Made by a program: the position numbers and the translations under genes
In this document: positions 28,080 to 38,180 of the stretch, piece after piece
Numbering within the stretch: position 1 is the stretch's first letter
How the letters are laid out: every line of letters begins with the position of its first letter
Assembly: GCA_028714495.1 (NCBI GenBank)
Contig: JAQTMH010000001.1
Location: 73,721-137,720 of the forward strand
Length of the DNA: 64,000 bases
Reading direction: 5' to 3'
DNA from: Patescibacteria group bacterium
GTDB taxonomy: Bacteria; Patescibacteriota; Patescibacteriia; JAHIZJ01
The notes under the pieces: model-generated
Told to the model about the DNA's origin: nothing
Seen by the model: only the letters and a program-made list of their open reading frames with translations
Database searches by the model: none

Positions 28080-28342
28080 TTCATCCCCCTTTGTTGTGTG
28101 GGAAAACTAAAGGAACTGGTTTTTAAAATAAACTAATTCTTAAAATTTGTCAAACACTTGGATGTTAGAGAGATTTAAACCCTCATCCCTGGTTTCACCC
28201 TCGTCCATCTCGTCAAGCCGCTTAGGCCGGTTTGGCCAAATAGAGCCCCGCGATAACATCAAGGGGCTCATTTTCTTATAATCAAAACACTTCCCGACAC
28301 GGGGAAGTGTTATATGAGTGTATTGACGCCGGAAGCGATATT

Positions 28343-29137
28343 TTAATCGGTTGCTACCAGGCTCAACTCATGCACTGTGCCGGCTCTCGGTTTCCAACCC
28401 GCGCCCTCGATGGCCACATAATGGATCTTAGCCGGTTTGGGATTGAGCGTCATTAAATCAAAGTCATAAGTATACTTTTGGCCGGTTGTCACCTTCACGC
28501 CATTGGTCGCTTTAGCTTGACTGTTCGGGTCAAGTGTGTAAAAACCGCGCCAGAACATCTGGCCGGCGGCAGTCGGATCTTCACCCAGAGATTTATGTTC
28601 CACGCCATTGGCATCAAGATAGCTGATAACCACGGCGACTGGCGCCTCGCGTCCGTTCCAGCCAGTGCCGGTCAATGTTTGCTGATTGTTGGTCGCGATC
28701 ATATGGAGATTGAGGTGAGAGTACGCTGATACATCTTGCTCGACGTTTGTCATAATGCCGCTGCGTGAATTGGATTCGATGCCAGTGAATGTTACGCCAT
28801 TAGCTCCATAAGTCACTTCTCCGCCGGAGCTTTTTGGCTGAAACCAGACTTCTTCAAACCAGTTGGTGGGCGCGGAAGTAAAGGTGAGCGTCGCGACGAT
28901 ATTAAGTGACACTTCAGCCGTTGTTCCATTAGTGTTGGTATTAGTTACAACAGCGTTTGTGTTAACATTGGTATTTACCGTGGTATTATTGGTGCTATTT
29001 GTATTGCTGTTTGTCGTGTCTTTGTCCCGGAATATAAACCACCAGAGCAGAAAAATAACTAATAGTAGCAGAATTATGACAAAAATTACCAACAGCGATG
29101 ATTTTTTGCGCTTTGGTTCCTGGGTGTCATTTGGCAT
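28343..29137 (-). CDS. Membrane-anchored extracellular protein (beta-sandwich-like)
   Basis: TM helix, N/T-rich linker; start reassigned to MPNDTQ. Confidence 0.75.
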   Translation of the reverse strand: MPNDTQEPKRKKSSLLVIFVIILLLLVIFLLWWFIFRDKDTTNSNTNSTNNTTVNTNVNTNAVVTNTNTNGTTAEVSLNIVATLTFTSAPTNWFEEVWFQPKSSGGEVTYGANGVTFTGIESNSRSGIMTNVEQDVSAYSHLNLHMIATNNQQTLTGTGWNGREAPVAVVISYLDANGVEHKSLGEDPTAAGQMFWRGFYTLDPNSQAKATNGVKVTTGQKYTYDFDLMTLNPKPAKIHYVAIEGAGWKPRAGTVHELSLVATD

Positions 29138-29395
29138 GGTTTTTTTGTTAATATTAATATGGTAATTATAGCACCTATTCGAAAAAAACACCCAGGCGAT
29201 GTTGCAATCGTTGGAGTTACGAACAACTTGATATACGCGTACAAACAAAAAACCACTCGATTGAGGCGGCATTGACAAAAAATATAAAATGCGTTAGTAT
29301 GTGAAGTTCCCAAAGAGGGAATATTCGCACCTTCCCATAGGAAGTGGCGGAGCGGCAAACCACCCAAATGCTCCCATAGGAGCAAGGGGGACGGC

Positions 29396-29917
29396 ATGAC
29401 AAAGGAGATTCGTGTACCGGCTACTACGGTTCAACTCATTCAGATTCTCGGAGACATCCTCCGGAATCACATCAAGATCAGACTCTGGGGCACCGAGTGC
29501 TGGACATTCCAGCACGTTGCTGACTGGGCCATTGTCGGAGAGGAGCCCGAGCTTGAAGCAGGTGAAGAGGAGTGGACCAGGTTTCAGCTGTACGAGAACC
29601 CTGAACACGAGATGACCATTTATCTCGGATCAGGTTACTGTCGGGCACTCGGCTATGCTCCCAGGCCTGGTGCGGCCCAGAAACTGCAGATGCGGGTCCG
29701 TTGCGAGCACTCTCGGTGGGTGGCAACGTCGATGAGCTACTGGGATTTCCAGATCTGGATCCGTCTGCCCGATGACACGACTGAGCGACATCATTATCGA
29801 TGCCACCTCGGGTATGGCCAAGATCGGGATATCATGGACGAGCCGGTTTCTGGAATGTCCGAGCTTCCTCCCCGGAAGATCGCCTTCTGGAGAGAGGCGC
29901 CGGCCTTGGCCGAGTGA
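29396..29917 (+). CDS. Hypothetical protein
   Basis: Own promoter (TTGACA at 29272, TAGTAT at 29295), purine-rich SD and downstream terminator hairpin. Confidence 0.65.
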   Translation: MTKEIRVPATTVQLIQILGDILRNHIKIRLWGTECWTFQHVADWAIVGEEPELEAGEEEWTRFQLYENPEHEMTIYLGSGYCRALGYAPRPGAAQKLQMRVRCEHSRWVATSMSYWDFQIWIRLPDDTTERHHYRCHLGYGQDRDIMDEPVSGMSELPPRKIAFWREAPALAE

Positions 29918-30206
29918 TCCGCTTCGCACAACTTATCACAGCCATCCTTGGTAACCCCTTGGATGGCTTTTCTTTTATTCTCAAAAACAAAAAACGCCGA
30001 TTCCGCCGCCGACCACGAACTGTTATTTCTGACTGTCAAATTAAACAATCTGTTGGAAAAAGTCAGACCTCTCTGATGTTGTCTTTTATATCGCCTTATT
30101 CTTCCTGTTAAATTTCACATTATGTATCTTTTCCAGCATATCTAAGGTGGCTTTAACGGAAAGATTGCTCGTGTCCATTGGACCCTTCAGACACAGCCAA
30201 ACAAAA

Positions 30207-32093
30207 TCATCGCACCACCACGCCTGCCTTTCCGAAAATCCCCCAATTGCTTTCAAACTGGGCTTTTGTCCAGGTAATCTGGCCGACGTATGGATCGTTG
30301 ATGATAAATTTGATCGGGTTGTTAGTACTGCCGACAAAACCAATGACTGTGCGCGCGTGCTCGCCCATCCAAGCGTAAATATATTTCCCGGCCGGAGTAT
30401 TCCAGGAATCTTCATACCCCCGGCCATACACGCCCCAAACCACGACGGCGTTTCCGTTTTCAATCTCCTCGGCCACCTGACTCGAGGTCCAGCCGGTAAA
30501 CGCCTGACTCGGACGCCAATGACTGGCGGCCTTGGCGATCGGCTCCCAGTAGACGCCGTAGCCGGTGGAGTTTTGCCGGCCGTTGATATCGCCAACAAAC
30601 GCGAGATAGGCATCGCCCCAGGTATTACCTTTGTGCGGCGTCTGGTCAAAACCGACATAGTTCATGATATCGTCTTCTGACACGCGTACGCCTTTATTCG
30701 CCAACGCCATTTTTATAGCCGCTGCCTCGCACGATAAGGCGCGGTCCTGCAAATCGATGGCGACGTTGAGTTTCACTGTTGACAGGGCCGTCCTGAAACT
30801 GAAACCATGGATAACCCGCGAGTTTTGGCCATAGACGCTTTGTATGCCGCTGGCCAGACGCACCTGATAGGCAGTATCAAACGGCAAGGCGCTGCTCGGC
30901 GTAAACTTCATGGTTCGTTCGTTCCAGGAAAAAGTACCAGCGATAGCTGGTTCAGTCGAAAAAGCTTTTTCAGCCGAGGCGCGATCAACCGCCTGATCAA
31001 AGGTTACCTCTATGCTGCTCCCGATAGCCACGCCGACAGCGCCGTCCGGCGGCGAATGATGAGTCGCCTTAACCGCGCCGATTGTCCGGAAGGCATACGA
31101 GACGTCGTCCGGGAAAAAACCGCCATTCGCGTTGGCCGCTCCGGCGGTGACAGTCACGCGATAATCGGTATCAAAGGCAAGCTTCTCGGATGGAACAAAG
31201 GTCGCGGTTACTCGGTCGTCAGAAAGCGACAGTGATCCCTCCGTGGCCGGGCTGACGGTAAAATGTTTCCGCAGGCTCTCGCTATCCATGGCCTCGGTAA
31301 ACGTTACCACGAATTTCTCGTCAGTGAACACTTGCTCGCCGGCCGGACTGACTGTCACAGTCTTGGGCGGCGGCGCGATCGTAAATGTTCCATGATACAT
31401 CTTCTCGGGCTCGCCCCGATAGGTGATTATTTGCGTTTGCCGGTCCCGAACGATAAACGATCGGTTGATCGTAAGCGCATAGGTCGCGCCCTGGCTGAAG
31501 GGAGATTCAGGAACAATTATATACCGATCGAGAGTTTCATTGCGCTGGACGGTATAGACAATGACCGGATCGAACACAATTTCAAACTCCGCGTAGTCGT
31601 GATTCGCTCCGGTCAGCGTGATTTCTACCTGACTCTGCGGTGAAACGCCTTTCGCTCCATCCGTCGGCGCGACACTCGAGACTTCAGGCAGCGCCTGGGT
31701 AGTAAGGGTCGTCGAATAGGTCCGTGGTTTCGCGTACCTAAACAGATCAGTAATCCCCTCAAGCGTCACGGCGTATGTCGTGCTTGGCTCAAAAACGCGG
31801 TTTGGAATGAATCGAATGGCCCGGAATAAATGGCGGTCGCCAGCAAGCGGTTCCTCAAAACTCCACTCACCGTCAAGATCCGGCGTCAGTTTCGGAACAA
31901 GGGCGCGTCGATTGATTGGCTTATCAAATCGGATGAGTATTGTTGAATCAAGAGCAACGTCCGTCGCCTCGGCCGCTGGTCTTACCAATTTTACCTTCGG
32001 TTGCCAAAGAAAAAAATAAACGGCTGCTCCAAAAATTACAAGCAGACCGACTATAGCTAATAATACTATTTTTACCAACCGTCTTGTTTTCAT
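30207..32093 (-). CDS. Surface protein with Ig-like (Big_5-type) repeats and a C39-like cysteine peptidase
   Basis: TM anchor, repeated I.F..P/.Y.V.. Ig motifs, QDRALSCEAAA (Cys), GEHARTVIG (His), INDP. Confidence 0.88.
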   Translation of the reverse strand: MKTRRLVKIVLLAIVGLLVIFGAAVYFFLWQPKVKLVRPAAEATDVALDSTILIRFDKPINRRALVPKLTPDLDGEWSFEEPLAGDRHLFRAIRFIPNRVFEPSTTYAVTLEGITDLFRYAKPRTYSTTLTTQALPEVSSVAPTDGAKGVSPQSQVEITLTGANHDYAEFEIVFDPVIVYTVQRNETLDRYIIVPESPFSQGATYALTINRSFIVRDRQTQIITYRGEPEKMYHGTFTIAPPPKTVTVSPAGEQVFTDEKFVVTFTEAMDSESLRKHFTVSPATEGSLSLSDDRVTATFVPSEKLAFDTDYRVTVTAGAANANGGFFPDDVSYAFRTIGAVKATHHSPPDGAVGVAIGSSIEVTFDQAVDRASAEKAFSTEPAIAGTFSWNERTMKFTPSSALPFDTAYQVRLASGIQSVYGQNSRVIHGFSFRTALSTVKLNVAIDLQDRALSCEAAAIKMALANKGVRVSEDDIMNYVGFDQTPHKGNTWGDAYLAFVGDINGRQNSTGYGVYWEPIAKAASHWRPSQAFTGWTSSQVAEEIENGNAVVVWGVYGRGYEDSWNTPAGKYIYAWMGEHARTVIGFVGSTNNPIKFIINDPYVGQITWTKAQFESNWGIFGKAGVVVR

Positions 32094-32216
32094 TTTTTTG
32101 CCTAATATAATAATTATAGCGGTTTTTTCGCGTTTTATCAATTATTATGCCATAAAAATATATATAGTTGACAAAATCGTCATTAAATAGTAAATAACAG
32201 ACAGAGAAGGAGGTGG

Positions 32217-32525
32217 ATGATGGCACGCGAAGATTACGTTCTGGCCAGGGTAACAATCAGGGAAGGGGCGGGGTGGCATATCTTTTACCTGTCAACCAGC
32301 GTTGTAACAGCGCTGATCGTGGTCAAGAATGAGCGGCCAGATCAGTTTTGGATTTCGGGGAGACAGCTTGATCTGCGGGTTGTGGATACGGAAGAACTTC
32401 CAGAGCTGGAAGAGGGGCTACGGTGGGCCGCTTCCCACACACCAACGGGCGACCCAAAGGCAGATACCCACTACCTGGCTACTTTTCCCCGACCTTCAAG
32501 ACGGCGAGGGGCTCGAAGACGCTGA
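32217..32525 (+). CDS. Hypothetical protein
   Basis: AAGGAGGTG SD, TTGACA upstream; precedes the radical SAM gene. Confidence 0.55.
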   Translation: MMAREDYVLARVTIREGAGWHIFYLSTSVVTALIVVKNERPDQFWISGRQLDLRVVDTEELPELEEGLRWAASHTPTGDPKADTHYLATFPRPSRRRGARRR

Positions 32526-32609
32526 AGCCGTTTTTCCGCTCGCCTTGACCGCAAACCACAAATGGACCAAATCGCCGCTCATTGACATTGAAAGAAAGGA
32601 GGTGAGGCC

Positions 32610-34556
32610 TTGAGAACGCTGTTCTGGCTGATCTGGGCGTTGTTGAAGCTCGTTTTCCACATTGTCCAGGGTCCAGCGCTAGTCGCTTTTTTCAGGGAAT
32701 TTGGTCGGCAAGTGGGCGTCGGTCGGTCGGCTCTCAAAGGCCTGACCATCCTGAATGTCGTCATCATCCGGTGCTCGAAGTACGATGACGAGACTGGGTT
32801 CGTTACACGAGACTGGCGAGGAGTGTTGCCAAGCAACACGCTGGCCACAATGTACAGCTTGGTACAAAACATCGGAGAAAAACACCAGCTGGGCGTGAAC
32901 GTGCGCATTGTCACGCACGTCTTTGATGAATCGGTGCAGGTGGTCCGGCCGAAACGGATCACTTGGCTGACCAAACTATTCGGGGCGAAATCAGTAGTAT
33001 TGCTGGTTGGTGTCCAAACTAACCAATTTCCACGGGCGCGGGATCTGGCTCTGGCTTTTCGCGATCTGGGAATTCCCGTGGTGGTGGGTGGATTCCATGT
33101 CAGCGGCGTACTGGTTCAGTTTCCCCAGAACGGCGATTCGGTCAATACTCGGGCATTCCGGGAGCTTGGCCTCGCGGAACTGGTTGATCGCGGGGTAGTC
33201 TTGTTCGCGGGTGAAGCCGAGGGGCGGCTGGAACAGGTGCTGAATGACTGCTTGGCGCAGACGATGCCGCCTATCTACAACTATCTGGATTCGCCGCCCA
33301 ATCTGATAAGCAAACCATTTCCACTCCCATTGCCAAACACGCACAGACGCTTTGCCATGCCGCACATGGGAACGCTGGACTCTTGCCGCGGCTGTCCGTA
33401 TAATTGCAGGTTTTGCTGCATTCGGACAGTCCAGGGCAGGAAGGTGCGACCGCGCGGGGTTCCGGAGTTTGTTAACTTCCTCCGCCAAAACTGGACGCTT
33501 GGTATTCGGGAGTACTTCTTTACCGCGGACAATTCAGCGTGGGATCCGCTCTGGCGCCAACGTTTCGAGGCAATGATCGCTCTCCGAGGCGAAGGCGTGA
33601 AAGTCACGTTTCTGATGCAAGTGGATACGCGAGCGCATCTCATTCCAGACTTTCTGGATTTGGCGGCACGGGCTGGTTGCGCCATGGTCTTTCTCGGCGT
33701 CGAGAGCCTGAATCCGTCAAATCTCGAGCTGGTCGGGAAAAGGCAGAATCACCCGGATGATTACGCAGGCATGATTGAGTCATACCGGTCGCGGGGCATC
33801 GCGGTCTACTTTGCCATGATGATCGGATTGCCGAATGATACGAGGGAGTCCGTCGCTCGCGACGTTCAGACGCTGATGGAGCTCGGACCAGATCTGGTGT
33901 CTTTCTTCATCGTCATGCCGAGTCCGGGCGCGGACGATCATGCCGAGATGTTCCGGACAGGCAAATGGATCGATCCTGACCTCAATCACTGTGATACGTT
34001 TTCTCGGCCTGTCACAAACCATCCCCGGATGACGTCGACGGAGTGGCTCGCCGCCTACCAAGACGCTTGGCGCGCGTTTTACAGCGTCGGGAATCTGATC
34101 CGTATCCTGAAGCGCACTCCGACAGAGCGCTACTGGCCGGTGTTCAAGAATCTGGTCTGGATGAAACACTCCATCGATGTCGTTCAGCGCCACCCCATGC
34201 TCAGTGGTTTTGTCCGGCTCCGCGACCGCGCCTCACGGAGAAGCACGTTTCCGAGACTTAGCCGCTCCGCTTTCTTCCGGTTCGAAATTCGCGAGTGGTT
34301 TGGTATGTATCGGCGAATCGCTCGCCTGATTCTCGATCTGACAGAGGTCTGGCTCCAAACCAGGCCAAGCCGCAAGCGAAAGACCCGGTCGGACATCGAC
34401 CAGTATTGGCAGACGCTCAGAAACCAGTTGCGCCAGGGGAAGTTCTGGGTTTTGTTCCGGTGGCAGACTCTGCGCGCGTTCGGTGCGGAATCCGTACTTA
34501 CCCTGTCTTTTCTCGGGACACTTCTCTTCGCCTGGCAGGGACGCGATCGTCCCTGA
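32610..34556 (+). CDS. B12-binding-like radical SAM protein
   Basis: VVVGGFHVS, GEAEG, RGCPYNCRFC, FLGVES, MIGLPNDT; AAGGAGGTGA SD. Confidence 0.92.
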   Translation: MRTLFWLIWALLKLVFHIVQGPALVAFFREFGRQVGVGRSALKGLTILNVVIIRCSKYDDETGFVTRDWRGVLPSNTLATMYSLVQNIGEKHQLGVNVRIVTHVFDESVQVVRPKRITWLTKLFGAKSVVLLVGVQTNQFPRARDLALAFRDLGIPVVVGGFHVSGVLVQFPQNGDSVNTRAFRELGLAELVDRGVVLFAGEAEGRLEQVLNDCLAQTMPPIYNYLDSPPNLISKPFPLPLPNTHRRFAMPHMGTLDSCRGCPYNCRFCCIRTVQGRKVRPRGVPEFVNFLRQNWTLGIREYFFTADNSAWDPLWRQRFEAMIALRGEGVKVTFLMQVDTRAHLIPDFLDLAARAGCAMVFLGVESLNPSNLELVGKRQNHPDDYAGMIESYRSRGIAVYFAMMIGLPNDTRESVARDVQTLMELGPDLVSFFIVMPSPGADDHAEMFRTGKWIDPDLNHCDTFSRPVTNHPRMTSTEWLAAYQDAWRAFYSVGNLIRILKRTPTERYWPVFKNLVWMKHSIDVVQRHPMLSGFVRLRDRASRRSTFPRLSRSAFFRFEIREWFGMYRRIARLILDLTEVWLQTRPSRKRKTRSDIDQYWQTLRNQLRQGKFWVLFRWQTLRAFGAESVLTLSFLGTLLFAWQGRDRP

Positions 34557-34729
34557 GCCAGCGTGAGATCCACTTTCGTTGACAAATCCGCTCATTATCT
34601 CTTCACCCTTGAGCCTCGGCACCAGTCGAGGCTTTTTTCTTAAATAAAAAAACCATCCTATTGCAAACCAAGGATGATTTCTTCAATACCAACTATTTCA
34701 GGAGGTATTTATTATCTGACTTAAAAATT

Positions 34730-34849
34730 TTATTTATGCCTTTTTTTGGCCTTGGCCTCAAGCATCAGTCTTTTAATCTCCAGCCTCTTTTTCGTTTTGT
34801 GAGAATGTGATCTTTGACTTTTACCGACCGCGCTCCATCTTTTCGCCAT
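34730..34849 (-). CDS. 39-aa highly basic small protein
   Basis: MAKRWSAVGKSQRSHSHKTKKRLEIKRLMLEAKAKKRHK*; lies in an otherwise AT-rich intergenic region. Confidence 0.65.
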   Translation of the reverse strand: MAKRWSAVGKSQRSHSHKTKKRLEIKRLMLEAKAKKRHK

Positions 34850-34942
34850 ATGAGTATTATTTATAATGATTATAAGCTATCATAACTGATTGTAAGAATA
34901 AAATCAATGGCTAAAGATTTTTTTATCTCTATCCTGTCGCTG

Positions 34943-34963
34943 TAAATACCCAAGCCCTGGGGT
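34943..34963. repeat. 21-bp direct repeat copy 1 (att-like)
   Basis: TAAATACCCAAGCCCTGGGGT, identical at 38001-38021; continues GGCTAG, resembling the reverse-complemented tRNA-His 3' end. Confidence 0.85.
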
Positions 34964-35025
34964 GGCTAGAGTTTTTTTAACATTCTTTCCCGCTTGAAAA
35001 TTACTAAATTGTTACCTTTTTTAGC

Positions 35026-37854
35026 CTATTGGCTCACGCTAAGGTTAACACCACCTCGGAAGGCCGGATGAAAACTCATGAACTGGGTTATTACATCGCC
35101 CTCTGCGTCAAAGACTCTAACCTGGGGACCGCCGTCTTTCATCGGCGCGGTGATAATATCGGCTTTTCCATTGCCGTCCAAATCCGTTACCGCCAGTTCA
35201 AGCCCACCTCGGAACGCCTTATTGTACGCCATAAACTGATGTTCCAAGCCCAGTGGACCGAACACCTGGATATGCGGACCGCCGGCTGAAGGCGCCAGGA
35301 CAATTTCCATTTGACCGTCGCCGTCAACGTCGCCAGCGCCCGATTTCAAACCGAGACGCCAACTCTGGTTATAGGCGAAGAACTGGGTAACCAGCGTTCC
35401 GTCGTACTTCATTACCCGGACCTGCGGACCGCCGGCTGAAGCCGCGGTGACGATAAGTTCATTTGCCCCGTCATCGTTGTAATCGGCCAGAGTCACGTTG
35501 ACCCCGCCGCGGAAAGTCGAGGCAAAGGCGTAAAACTGACCCATGAGCTCTCCTGCCTTGTTGAACACCCGGATATGCGGGGCAGAGCCGGCATTGGTTG
35601 AAGTAATGATCTCAGCCACTCCGTCACCGTTGACGTCCCCGGCGTTGACCTTGATGCCTTTGCGGAAGGAGGTGGAATAGGCAAACCACTCGTTATGCAG
35701 AGAGAAGGTGTCGCCGATATAATCATAGATACGGACATGGGGACCGCCAGAAGTCGCTGGGGCGACGATCAGCTCATTGACGCCATCATTGTCGACATCG
35801 GCCGCGGCTAGGCTCAGTCCCCCGCGATAACTGAGGGCGTACGAGAAGAGGTCCGCTTTATAATCTCCGTGTGTATTAAATACGCGTATGTGCGGACCGC
35901 CAGCGCTGTAGGGCGCGGTGATAATTTCTTCTGCGCCATCGTTATCGAGATCAGTCATCAGGGTAGTGACACCACCGCGGAAGGTCTTAGCGTAGGCCAT
36001 GAATGTAGCTTTTAGTTTGCCCGATGAATCCCAAACGGTCACCTGCGGGCCGCCGCCGGCCTTAGCGCCGGTAACGATATAATTAACTGAGTTATCGATG
36101 TCTTCTTCATTGCCGGGAATTTGGGGTAAAGCAATCACATCATTGACGGTAAAATAAGTGGCGTGGTCAACTGTAAAACCGCATAGACCTCCCTTCACCA
36201 CGCAGGTGGTCTCGTTTGCCCAAACCTCTTCACCTTCCCCAAGTGCCTGAATCAGTAAGGTTTTCCCGTTGTATTCACTACCGACGTCAAACGCCAAAGT
36301 AACGTCTTTACTGAATTCAAGGTTCAAGCCAGGGATTCCTAGGTGAATCGTTTTTACTGGTCTACCGAGAAGATTGTTGTCGGTAAGACTGCCTATTTCA
36401 TATTCAACGTTGACTAATTTATAGAAAGCGAAACTGCCTCCGTCATTTTTTGTAACTATCGTGTTGTTCGGAAATGTGGCCGTGGCTTTTGCCGTACCAA
36501 TGGTCCATTCCCGCTCAATCGTTACCGAAGAAGCTTCAGCAGTATTTGTAATGGTTAACCCGGAAGCCTCGGGGAATAAAGTATTCAGGTCTTCGGGATA
36601 AAGATATACAAGGTTCCCTATTTTATCAACCAATAAGAGGTGCTCGACTTGCCATAATCCTTCTTTGCTGGATTTGGGGATCGTGACGGTCTCTTCGTAC
36701 ACGCCGCTTAGATCATTACCGGATATGCGCGTGAGGGTGCCGAAATCGATGAATTGAGTGCCGATCAGCGGGCGTATGCGTAATTGGGTTTCACTGCTGA
36801 TGTAACTGCCGCAATCACTGGCAATACAGACGCCCGCGGCATTGTCAGTCAGCGTCATCGTCAATGTCAGCGTTTGACTTTCATCACTAGTGTTGATTTC
36901 GGTCGGTGTAATCTCAAAAGAGGTTATCTGCGGCCGCTCCCGATCACTCCTGATTGCCGCGTTGAAAATGTCAGTCACGCCTGTTCCAAATTCCGCTTCC
37001 AGGTCAGCCTTGTACAGATATTGACCATTGCCGATTTTATCACCGAGGTAAAAATATTCGGCTGACCAGGTGCCGGGCACACTGCCCTGCGGTAATATTA
37101 CCGTTCCGGTATAAGTGCCATTCAGGGCATCACCAGAAGTACGGGTCAATGGAGCAATAACCACATTCTGCGCTTCGTTCGGAGAGATTAGTCGCAGCTG
37201 GGTTTGACTGACAGTGCCGATGCATTCATTGCCGCCGATACAAACACCGGCGTACTGGTCAGTCAGGGTAAGCGACAAGGTTATTTCCGCGTCAGCGTCG
37301 TCAGTATTTACTGTGCTCGGGGATAAGGCAAACGCAGTGACGTCCGGAGCGGCATCGTCGTAAAGAGTAGCGGTATTATTAACATCGCCTACTCCGTCGC
37401 CGAAAGCTAACTCGAGCTCACTGTTAGACAGCGACGTACTATTTCCCAGCTTATCAACCAACAACATATAGCTCAATTGCCAGACGCCATTTAGGCTATA
37501 TTGCGGGAGGATTGCCGTCGAAGTATAGATGCCATTTAAATCATCTCCGCTTATTCTGGTAAACGAAGTGAAAAAAACTAACTGCGATTCGCCCGTTGAT
37601 GTTAATCGTAGTTGCGTTTCGCTACTGGAGTAGCTGCCGCAATCGCCAGGTATGCAGACGCCGGCCTGATCATCAGTCAGCGTCAAGGTTAAAGTCAAAG
37701 TCTGGTCCGCTGATTCGGTGTTGACGGTATGCGGTGTCAGGCTGAGGGCGGTGACTTCAGGGGCAGCTGTGTCTTCAGCTGCGTTAGCGGCAGCGGGAAT
37801 AAAAAAGACGCACAAGCCAATAAACGCTAGCGCGATTGCGTTTTTTGTCGTCAT
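35026..37854 (-). CDS. Secreted surface protein: three Ig-like repeats plus FG-GAP/VCBS-like propeller
   Basis: Signal peptide, 3x ~140-aa repeats (APEVT..TLTLTLTD..GVC..TQLRL..DKLGN), GDVDGDG/GGPQVRVF repeats. Confidence 0.9.
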   Translation of the reverse strand: MTTKNAIALAFIGLCVFFIPAAANAAEDTAAPEVTALSLTPHTVNTESADQTLTLTLTLTDDQAGVCIPGDCGSYSSSETQLRLTSTGESQLVFFTSFTRISGDDLNGIYTSTAILPQYSLNGVWQLSYMLLVDKLGNSTSLSNSELELAFGDGVGDVNNTATLYDDAAPDVTAFALSPSTVNTDDADAEITLSLTLTDQYAGVCIGGNECIGTVSQTQLRLISPNEAQNVVIAPLTRTSGDALNGTYTGTVILPQGSVPGTWSAEYFYLGDKIGNGQYLYKADLEAEFGTGVTDIFNAAIRSDRERPQITSFEITPTEINTSDESQTLTLTMTLTDNAAGVCIASDCGSYISSETQLRIRPLIGTQFIDFGTLTRISGNDLSGVYEETVTIPKSSKEGLWQVEHLLLVDKIGNLVYLYPEDLNTLFPEASGLTITNTAEASSVTIEREWTIGTAKATATFPNNTIVTKNDGGSFAFYKLVNVEYEIGSLTDNNLLGRPVKTIHLGIPGLNLEFSKDVTLAFDVGSEYNGKTLLIQALGEGEEVWANETTCVVKGGLCGFTVDHATYFTVNDVIALPQIPGNEEDIDNSVNYIVTGAKAGGGPQVTVWDSSGKLKATFMAYAKTFRGGVTTLMTDLDNDGAEEIITAPYSAGGPHIRVFNTHGDYKADLFSYALSYRGGLSLAAADVDNDGVNELIVAPATSGGPHVRIYDYIGDTFSLHNEWFAYSTSFRKGIKVNAGDVNGDGVAEIITSTNAGSAPHIRVFNKAGELMGQFYAFASTFRGGVNVTLADYNDDGANELIVTAASAGGPQVRVMKYDGTLVTQFFAYNQSWRLGLKSGAGDVDGDGQMEIVLAPSAGGPHIQVFGPLGLEHQFMAYNKAFRGGLELAVTDLDGNGKADIITAPMKDGGPQVRVFDAEGDVITQFMSFHPAFRGGVNLSVSQ

Positions 37855-38000
37855 ATTATTGTTTATTAATAATTTCCTGACTATCAGTATAATTATAACG
37901 GTAAAACTATTTTCCTACAATGTGTGATTTTTATAGCCTGAAAACCTTAAGGGTCCGGGACCGGCGCCACAAATAACTATTCGTTTAAATCTTATCATAT

Positions 38001-38021
38001 TAAATACCCAAGCCCTGGGGT
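38001..38021. repeat. 21-bp direct repeat copy 2 (att-like)
   Basis: Identical to 34943-34963. Confidence 0.85.
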
Positions 38022-38180
38022 CGCGAGTGGAAGCCCGTTATAACCAATTTATTGGGAGTTTTAGAGGATGGGCAGTATATGAATATGCTATTGGCGAAAC
38101 TTGAGGCAATCGGCAATCTTATGGAAGCAAAAGGCCGGGTTTAGTTTATTATTAGTTATTATAGTTCTGAATGCCACTTT

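Noticed and set aside
30086-30658. 190-aa minus-strand ORF overlapping the C39 peptidase gene
   Set aside because: Alternative-frame shadow; at most its last 30 codons could be a gene remnant.
37915-37998. 27-aa ORF MIRFKRIVICGAGPG.. with a Rossmann-like start
   Set aside because: Too short; possibly a truncated remnant beside the att-like repeat, but not supportable as a feature.
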